A stretch of DNA of 64,000 nucleotides from Octopus vulgaris. Its lineage: Eukaryota. This document shows positions 54,775 to 64,000 of the stretch, in pieces. The notes beneath the pieces are model-generated. The model was not told the origin of the DNA, searched no databases, and worked only from the letters and a program-made list of their open reading frames with translations. Positions within the stretch are counted from its first letter, which is position 1. Each line of letters begins with the position of its first letter. Both the position numbers and the translations under genes were made by a program. Location: NCBI GenBank assembly GCA_951406725.2, contig OX597842.1:9548001-9612000 (forward strand). Reading direction: 5' to 3'.

Positions 54775-55005
54775 TTATTGTTTGTCTGGTGGCCTTAGTG
54801 ATAGAGGTTGTGTGGTGGACTAGATTGAAAGGTCTGAAGACAGACACTGTCCTCTTTGGCCAAGCCCTCATCCAGTTTTTCAGGTTTCACTTGAAAAGAA
54901 AGTGAGGGCAGAAAAGGAAGTGCTGCCTCCCATCAATTTTGTTAAAAGGTGAGTGAATGTGGCAAGACTGGTCCGAGTGAATGGGACTACTCCCAATGCG
55001 TGCCT
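54775..55005 (+). pseudogene. L1/Tx1-like LINE ORF2 extreme C-terminal fragment
   Basis: IVCLVALVIEVVWWTRLKGLKTDTVLFGQALIQFFRFHLKRKVRAEKEVL...F..R*: W..R....F...W-type pattern typical of L1/Tx1 C-termini. Confidence 0.5.
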
Positions 55006-55919
55006 AAATTTTGGCGCCAGGCCTGCAATTTCGGGAGAGAGGATAAGTAGATTGAATCGACCCCAGTGTTAAACTGGGGTTTATTTTATCGACCCTGAAA
55101 AGATGAAAAGCAAAAATCGACCTTGCTGGAATTTGAACTCAGAATGTACAGACGGATGAAATACCTATTTCTTTACTACCCACAAGGGGCTAAACACAGA
55201 GGGGACAAACAAGGACAGACACGGATTAAATCGATTACATCGACCCCAGTGTGTAACTGGTACTTAATTTATCGACCCCGAAAGGATGAAAGGCAAAGTT
55301 GATCTCGGTGGAATTTGAACTCGGAACGTAGCAGCAGACAAAATATTGCTAAGCATTTTGTCTGGCGTGCTAATGTTTCTGCCAGCTTGCCGCCTTATGT
55401 TATACTTTGTTATACTCTCTGTTATACTCTTGACAACACTTATACCTTGATAGAGCTATTATTTTTATACATATGTGTGTGTGTGTGTGTAAATAGATGT
55501 GTATTTTTCCCTTGTTAGCAATTAACACAGAAAAAATATCTAAATAGTTACCAGGGTAGCAAAAAATCACACAAGTAAAGAGGTTATAACTCCTTGTTTT
55601 TAAAGGTAGAAACTTTGGGTTTACGTGGAATTTTTTTGTATAATATATATAAATAATACCAGTGATATCTTCGAAACATGTGTCGGAAGTAAAAGAATTT
55701 GAATAACACCTGCATTTAATTCCATTTATATATATAGTAATAATAATTCTCAGATGGAATTTATAAATATTTTCATGCATTGCTACACCTGTTTCCATGA
55801 ATCGCAGGTTTCTTAAGCCCATAGCCCATATTTCCTGGCATGAATACAGGACAGTCTGTAGTATCCATAGACATCGGGTAGATTATGTTCATGCATTAAA
55901 ATATTTATAAATTCCATTC

Positions 55920-55955
<36 letters not shown>

Positions 55956-56384
55956 TACTATATTTAATCTACATTATAGCAACACAGCTTGGTGCAGCCC
56001 CAAAAAACTGGTACCGCCAGTTGGCATTATTAAGCTGTAGCTGGCATAATAACATTGGAGCTTTTATGTGTATATTGAAAATGTTCCCCATCAATGAACT
56101 TAAAGGATATATATATAAATGGATGAATGAATTATCCTTTGTTTACCGTTAACATATGTCGAAAGTAAAAGAATTTTAATAACATCTTCGTGCAATTCCA
56201 TTTATTTATATATATATATATAGGCACAGGAGTGGCTGTGTGGTAAGTAGCTTGCTTACCAACCACATGGTTCCGGGTTCAATCCCACTGCGTGGCATCT
56301 TGGGCAAGTGTCTTCTGCTATAGCCCCGGGCCGACCAATGCCTTGTGAGTGGATTTGGTAGACGGAAACTGAAAGAAGCCTGTC

Positions 56385-56434
<50 letters not shown>

Positions 56435-57240
56435 CTGTGTTTGTCCCCCTAGCATTGCTTGAGAACCGATGCTGGTGTGTTTACATCCCCGTCACTTAGT
56501 GGTTCGGCAAAAGAGACCGATAGAATAAGTACTGGGCTTACAAAAGAATAAGTCCCGGGGTCGAGTTGCTCGACTAAAGGCGGTGCTCCAGCATGGCCGC
56601 AGTCAAATGACTGAAACAAGTAAAGAGTATATATATACAAATATATATATATATCTGTCCCTGCTGTAAGGCTTCATTTCCACACATGCCAGCTTAATTT
56701 AATTTGTCCTTTGTCGAAAGACACCTGTTGTTATATCCTGATATTTGCATTTGTATTTGTGTACCATTTCTCCATTTTTTTTTCTGCCCTTGTTTTCGTA
56801 TACATTTGCTGCTTTCTTGCAAGGAATCTAATGCTCTTAGCTTAGTTTTTCCTTGGGGCTGGACATATTGGAGCAGTCTCGAGTATAACCAGCCGAAATT
56901 GCAAAGATAATCTGGAACTTGACTGAGGAAAGAAAACTTCGAATGACCTGTCCGTGTTTTTACTTGTCCCTCTTTTGTATCATCTGTCTGGATGTTTTGT
57001 TGTCCCTTTTTTGTATCCTCTTGCTGTCTGGGTGATTTGTGTTCTTGTCCCATTTTTTGTATTCCCTTATATATATAGTCCACTCGGCAGAGTGGTTGGT
57101 GTTAGGAAGGACATCCAGCCATAAAAACCTTGCCAAAACAGACACAGTAGCCTGACCAGCTTCTGTCAACTATCATACTTGTGCATGGAGGTCATACGTC
57201 AAACAGTGATGATGATGGTGAGATATAAACATATATATAT

Positions 57241-57359
57241 GTCAGGATGGTCGAGTGGTCTGAGGTGCCAGACTCAAGGTACATGTAATGCACCTTAACC
57301 GGAACATTGAGTATTCTGGTCCACGAATGTGGGTGTGGGTTCGAATCCCACTTCTGACA
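57241..57359 (+). tRNA. tRNA-Leu(CAA) with a 35-nt intron (57279-57313); probably a pseudogene or retrocopy
   Basis: GTCAGGATGG...CCAGACTCAAG[intron containing TTGAGT, complementary to the anticodon loop]TTCTGGTCCACGAATGTGGGTGTGGGTTCGAATCCCACTTCTGACA. The D-stem has two G-U pairs, A21 is G and C48 is T. Confidence 0.88.
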
Positions 57360-57479
57360 GATAACCTTTTATTTAACGGCAGTGCATCAGCATGGCCGCA
57401 GCTCTGAGCTGAAACAAAAAAAATATATATATATATATTATTTTATTAAAGCTGAAAAGACTTCACAAACTGTTACTCA

Positions 57480-58300
57480 AAGGTAGTCCCAGAAAATTAT
57501 GGGATGAGGTGGTGGAATATGATGTTCTGATGATGAGTCTTGCGGAGGTAATGACAAGTGGCTGAGACTTTTGGCAATTTGCTGTGCTTGAGAAGACGTG
57601 TCAAAGTCAGTGAAATTGTGGTTGTGTGATGCACCTGTGCTAGTGACACATGAAAGGAGCCGGCTCCCGTGCCGGTGACATGTGAGAGGCACTCATGAAA
57701 GGCACCCGTGCCGGCGGCACATGTGAAAGGCACACGTGAAAGGCACCCGTGCCGGCGGCACATGTGAAAGGCACCCGTGAAAGGCACCCGTGCCGGCGGC
57801 ACATGTGAAAGGCACACGTGAAAGGGACCCGTGCCGGCGGCACACGTGAAAGGCACCCATGCCGGCGGCACACGTGAAAGGCACCCGTGCCGGCGGCACA
57901 CGTGAGAGGCACCCGTGCCGGCGGCACACGTGAAGGCACACGTGAAAGGCACCCGTGCCGGCGGCAAACGTGAAAGGCACCCATGCCGGCGACAAACGTG
58001 AGAAGCACCCGTGCCGGCGACACATAAAAGGCACCCGTGCTGATAAAATATAAAAGCACTTATGCTGGTGACACATAAAAGGTACCTGTAGCGGTGATGC
58101 ATAGAAGGCACCTGTATCAAAGGCACAGAAAATCTGTCCAGGAAAGGGGAAATATGACCTTGTTTGATAAACAGGTGAGGGTTAGCAGCAGGGAGGGCAT
58201 CCAGCTGTAAATAATCTGCCTCGGAAAATTCTGTTTGACTTATGCAAGCGAGAAATATTGACCATTAAAATGACAATGGCTACAACCGTGATAATGATGG
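57480..58300 (+). mobile_element. RTE LINE 3' end with an expanded 28-bp GC-rich minisatellite in its 3' UTR
   Basis: GSPRKLWDEVVEYD...W.FAVLEKT, then (AAAGGCACCCGTGCCGGCGGCACACGTG)n at ~57660-58090 and GAGGGCATCCAGCTGTA. Confidence 0.85.
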
Positions 58301-58850
58301 TATCAATCCAAAATATTTATTTCTTGATCAAATGCCTTATATATAATACATATATAAATAAATAAATAGAAAATAATATGAATGCTTTATTGTGATTTCA
58401 TATTTTATTCCAGTTTATCCGACAGCTGAGTTATGAATGAATCTGGCCGTCATAAGATATTGTGTCATTGATTTTCTTCCATAGTTTTATCAATCAATTG
58501 TGTTATGAATAAATATTGCATCTAGAATGTATTACATCCTTGATAGTGTTCCATAGTTTTGTCAATCGATTATTTTAATGAATGACTATTGTATCTAGAC
58601 TATTTCTTTTATCTTTTACTTGTTTCAATCATGGCTGGCCTATGGAAGGTTCATGGATTCACTATATTATTTCAAAATTTTGCCATAAAGGCATAACACA
58701 GAGGGGGTAGCTTGCGGGACGGACAAAAACATTGAGATGAGTGATGAAAAGGATGATATTGATGGGAGAAAACAAAAGACGACCGATAATCTTTTGCTTC
58801 TCTAAAACATTATTCTTTTTTTTTTTACTCAGTAAAAACAATACAAGGTA

Positions 58851-59556
58851 TTAACCCTTTTGATACCAACCCGGTCAAAACCACCTCTGGCTTTGTAGTA
58901 CAAATGTCTTACTTTCATAAGTTTTGAATTAAAATCTTCCACCAAACCTTAGAAACAATGATAACAAAGTTATTTTACTAAATTCTTTGTTATATTTAAA
59001 ATTAATTGAAAGAAACACAGAGCATCTCAAAAGAAATATGGTAACAAAAAGGTTAAAGTCACTGTGATATTTTTAACCCTTTTGATATCAACCCAGCCAA
59101 AACTGCCTTTGGCGCTGTAGTACAAATGCCTTGTTTTCATAAGTATTGAATTAAAATCTTCCACCAAACCTTAGTCACAATTTATGTTCCTAACACTAGC
59201 TGAATGATAATTAAGTTATTTTACTAAATTCTTTGTTATATTTAAAATTGATTAAAAGAAACACAAAGCATCTCAAAATAAATACAGTAACAAAAGGGTT
59301 AAGATATATAATAGAGAAACAATTCTTAATCCTTTTGATATCAACCCAGCTGAAACCAGCTCTGGCTCTGTAGTACAAATGTCTTGTTTTCATAAGTTTT
59401 GAATTAAAATCTTCCACCAAACCTTAGTCACAATTTATGTTCCTAACATTACCTTAATGATAACTAAGTTATTTTTTCTTAATTCTTTGTTATATTAAAA
59501 ATTAATTGAAAGAAACACAGAGCATCTCAACAGAAATACAGTAACAAAAGGGTTAA
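58851..59556 (+). mobile_element. Three tandem piggyBac-like MITEs
   Basis: Units 58851-59056, 59073-59302 and 59326-59556, each TTAA-CCCTTTTGATA ... TAACAAAAGGG-TTAA. Confidence 0.85.
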
Positions 59557-59713
59557 ACCTCTTACTTTTTAGTAAGGAATGATGCTAGAGCAGTGAAATC
59601 TTGCTTATGAACTTTTTCAGCCGGTTCTTCTACAAAAGTTCATAGGCTGACTATGAAGGAGTGAGAGTAGAGCTGTGAAATCTTGCCTATGAACTTTTCA
59701 ACTGAACCTTATA

Positions 59714-60226
59714 CAGAAAATCCTCGAATATAATCTGCATTTTTTTCGCAAAATTTAAAGGTCAAAATCCCTAGTGCGTACTATATACGAGGTTAAAAAT
59801 GAAAATTATTTTCTAAGTAATGTCCGAGTCTCTATTTGCTGTCCAGCAATATTTATTCAGACGCATTTTGTGATGTCAGGCACGAAAATACCTTAAGCTA
59901 AGCCTGAAAGCAATGAAGTCATAAAAGAATCATCTATAACTTGCAGTAAGCAACATTTATTAAACGTTATTACTGTTATATCTTTATTTTCTGCAAACAA
60001 AATGCACAAAAAAGCTACACGTTTGCATTATGTTATATATACAATAATAATAAAGGACGTTACCGTATACATTTTTACAAACCAAGGACGTTATATAGAC
60101 CTCCTTGACTCAAGTTAGAGAAGGGGTGCATATTATACACAAGGTTTAGGTTTTTCAGAGGTACAGCCCCCCTAAAAATCCCCTGCGTATTATACTCGAG
60201 GGCGGACTATACTTGAAGATTTACGG
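59714..60226. mobile_element. pogo/Tigger-like non-autonomous element
   Basis: TA-CAGAAAATCCTCGAATATAATCTGC ... GCGGACTATACTTGAAGATTTACGG-TA; a related end lies at ~35805-35856. Confidence 0.7.
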
Positions 60227-61004
60227 TACTTAAAATGTACTGTCTTGAGCCTTGGGACGCATGGGGTCAGTTGACTGGTTTCCATGGAGTGTAAATGACC
60301 GAGATCACAATGTTCATCTTGACCAAAGTCCCAGTCCGTCATAGGGTTGTCCAGTTACAGCTGGAGAGGTCTGGAGCAATTTGTAAATTAGAAAACATTA
60401 TTAATTATTTATTTTGTTAAGGCAGTAGACTAACAGAAACATCAGAGCACTGGAAAAAAAAATGCTTTGCAGTTTTCTCTTCTGGCTCTCTATGTTCGGA
60501 GTTCAAACCCTGCTGAGGTCATCTTCAGCTTTCATCATTACGGGGTTAAGTACCAGTCAAAAACTAATTCATCCCCTTCTCAGAATTGCTGGCCTTGTGC
60601 CTTAATTTCATTAAAGTACCACTTAAATCCTGGGGTCAATACTACCAACTAATTCATCCCCTTCTCAGAATTGGTTGGCCTTGTACCTTAATTAAAAAGT
60701 TATTTAATTAATTAAAGCACTGGTCAAGTACAGAGGTTGATATAATTGACTAACCCACTTCCTTCTCAAAATTGCTGGCCTTGTGTCTTAATTAAAACAA
60801 AACCCATTATTACTTCATTTAGTCAACACCCCACCCTCCACCCAGCTCTTCCACACTTGATGTTTGGTGCAGTCCACTTTATTTCCAATTCCAAGAATTC
60901 AGTCCAAGTTCTCTGGTCTGAGACTGACTTCAGCTACTTCCCACTGCTTACAGAAGCCCAGATAAGAATCATGGATCCCCTATTTCCTTGTTTGCTTAGG
61001 CTAG

Positions 61005-61036
<32 letters not shown>

Positions 61037-62114
61037 TATAAAAAAAAATCCTCCATATACAAACGAGTAATTAAACAAGGTACAAGCATGGATGTGTGGT
61101 TAAGAAATTTGGTTCCCAACTACATGGTTCCAGGTTCAGTCCCACTGCATGGCACCTTGGGTAAGTGTTTTCTACTATAACCTCGGGCTGGCTCAAAGCC
61201 TTGTGAATGGATTATGGATTTGGTTGACAGCTGAAAGCCTGCCCTGTGTATATACACACACACACATAGGCGCAGGCATAGCTGTGTGGTAAGAAGCTTG
61301 CTTCCCAACCACATGGTTCTAGGTTCAGTCCCACTGCATGGTACCTTGGGCAAGTGTTTTTTTCTATAGCCTTGGGCCAACCGAAAGCCTTGTGAATGGA
61401 TTACGGATTTGGTTGACAGAAGCTGAAAGCCCATCCTGTGTATGTGTATATGTATGTATATGTATGTATGTATGTATATATATATATATATATATATCCA
61501 CGTGCACACACACAGACACATAAGCACAGGCATAGCTGTGTGGTACAAAGCCTTGCTTCCCAACCACATGGTTCCAGGTTCAGTCCCACTGCATGGCACC
61601 TTGGGCAAGTGTTTTCTACTACAGCCTTAGGCCATCCAATGTCTTGTGGGGGAATTTGGTAGACGGAAACTGAAAGAAGCCTGTCATATATATGTGTGTG
61701 TGTCTGTGTTTGTCCCCCCAACATCGCTTGACAACTGATGTGGGTGTGTTTACGTCCCCGTAACTTAGCGGTTCGGCAAAAGACCCTGATAGAATAAGTA
61801 CAAAGAATAAGTCGATTTACTAGACTAAAGGCAGTGCTCCAGCATGGCCACAGTTAAATGACGTGTAGGTAGGATTGAGTTGGGTCGATTTGTTTGGCTA
61901 AACACCCCTTCAAGGCAGTGCTGCAGCATGGCCGCAGTCCAACGGCTGAAACGAGCGAAAAGCTAAAAAAGCTAAAATAAAATAAAATGAAATAAAACAA
62001 AAGAAAGAAAAAAAAACAAAAAATATAAGTTGATTAAATCGATTGAGTTCTCTCTAGACGAATTCTGGCTCAGAGCCATTGATGACGTCGGAAATTGCTT
62101 TGAGCAAGAAACGA

Positions 62115-62540
62115 TGACTACTAATACCACTACTACTACTATTATTATTATTATTATCATTATTATTATTAGTAGTAGTAGTATTAGTTTTATTATTATT
62201 ATTATCATTATTATTATGATTATTATTATTAGTAGTATTAGTATTATTAGTATTATTATTAGTAGTAGTAGTATTACTATTAATATTATTATTATTTGTA
62301 TTATTAGTATTATTATTATTAGTAGTATTATTATTAGTATTATTATTAGTATTAGTTGTAGTAGTATTATTATTATTATTAGTAGTATTATTATTAGTAT
62401 TATTAGTATTATTATTAGTAGTAGTATTATTATTAGTATTAGTTGTAGTAGTATTATTATTATTATTAGTATTATCATCTCATCTTTCGCCCTGGTGGCA
62501 AATAAAAGAAATTATTATTGTTGTTGTTATTGTTATTATT
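62115..62540. repeat. (ATT/AGT)n trinucleotide repeat
   Basis: Directly visible. Confidence 0.95.
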
Positions 62541-63254
62541 TTCTACAGTTTTCCTGCATGCTTGTACTGCACCGTTGTCAGTCCTCGGTACCGTTGTCCA
62601 TATATTGTGTTGTCGGAGTGTCGATGGGGGTGGGGGGAAAAGGGCTGATGGCGATGGTAGTGGTGCTGGTGGTGGTGGAGTGTTTACTGTTTTGTTGCCT
62701 TTTGGGCAAGAGGGAAGGAACGAGGTGGTGGTGATGGCGGCAGTGAGTTGTTGTATGGTGGTGGTAGTGGCGGTGTGTGTGGGGGGGGGGCTGCATTTCG
62801 GTGTTGCCTTTTGGGAGAGTGGGAGGAGGTGGTGGATGTGGTAGTGGAATCGTATTGCTTTTGGGAAGATGTGGAGCTGTTGCTGTTCTTCTTCTTCTTC
62901 CAATCAGGACTCACGCCATTAGCCACAAAGTATAATCTCTAATTTGAGCCTACTCTAAGCTACAAAGAGTGCATGTAGCACTATAGTGAGTTACACCATG
63001 GTTTCTCTGCTTTGAGGCAGAAGTAGGAAGAAAGAGTGAGAGAAAATTGTGGTGAAAGAGTACAGAGGGGTTCACCACCTCTCCCCACCGGAGCCTCGTG
63101 GAGCTTGGGTGTTTTTGCTCAACAAACACTCAAAATACCCGATCTGGGAATTGAAACTGCAATCCTACAACTGCGAATCTGCTGCCCTAACCACTGGGCC
63201 ATTGCACCTCCCCATATATGTGTGTGTGTGTATATATATAGATATACATATATA

Positions 63255-63575
<321 letters not shown>

Positions 63576-63954
63576 ATGTCATCATCATCATCATTTAGCG
63601 TCCACTTTCCATGCTAGCATGGATGTGTGTATATATATATATATATATGTGTGCATGTGTATATATATGTGTGCATGTGTATATATATGTGTGCATGTGT
63701 ATATATATGTGTGTGCATGTGTATATATATATGTGTGCATGTGTATATATGTGTGCATGTGTATATATATGTATGTATATATTATAGATGTAGAGAATGA
63801 ATGCTTTTGAGTATTTTATGGATTCTTTCCTTCGTCCATTTTCATAGATTAATAATTAATCTGTAGAATTAATTGTTAATTCTACTGTAAAGAGGTGTAG
63901 AATTAAACAATACTTGTAGACACTCAAAGACTTCACAGCAACTGTATGTGTACG

Positions 63955-63993
<39 letters not shown>

Positions 63994-64000
63994 ATATATG

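Noticed and set aside
62030-62115. Protein-like peptides DEFWLRAIDDVGNCFEQ (+) or RFLLKAISDVINGSEPEFV* (-)
   Set aside because: No paired splice sites, runs into a trinucleotide repeat, and no recognisable homology.

Overview
AT-rich, repeat-saturated eukaryotic DNA. The SINE, LINE and microsatellite content is characteristic of an octopus (cephalopod) genome; this is an inference from family recognition. No complete protein-coding gene is visible, and almost all ORFs in the supplied track are translations of microsatellites or SINEs. Supported content: (i) dozens of copies of three tRNA-type SINE families, plus RTE, CR1/L2 and Tx1-like LINE fragments; (ii) a decayed DD37D (maT-type) Tc1/mariner transposon with TIRs, split by a SINE; (iii) many MITEs (hAT, piggyBac-like, Tc1/mariner, pogo-like) and a non-autonomous Helitron; (iv) an intron-containing tRNA-Leu(CAA) sequence fused to a CR1-type LINE tail; (v) a TATA+Inr core promoter with a short first exon at ~32.9 kb (+), followed by a degenerate palindrome array; (vi) a candidate first coding exon pair at ~16 kb (-). 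Most notable are several unrelated short repeats carrying minimal type I hammerhead ribozymes with palindromic stem III (Penelope/retrozyme style). One family, with 4 copies, appears to have the conserved C3-G8 core pair swapped to G3-C8. All calls were made by eye and repeat boundaries are approximate.
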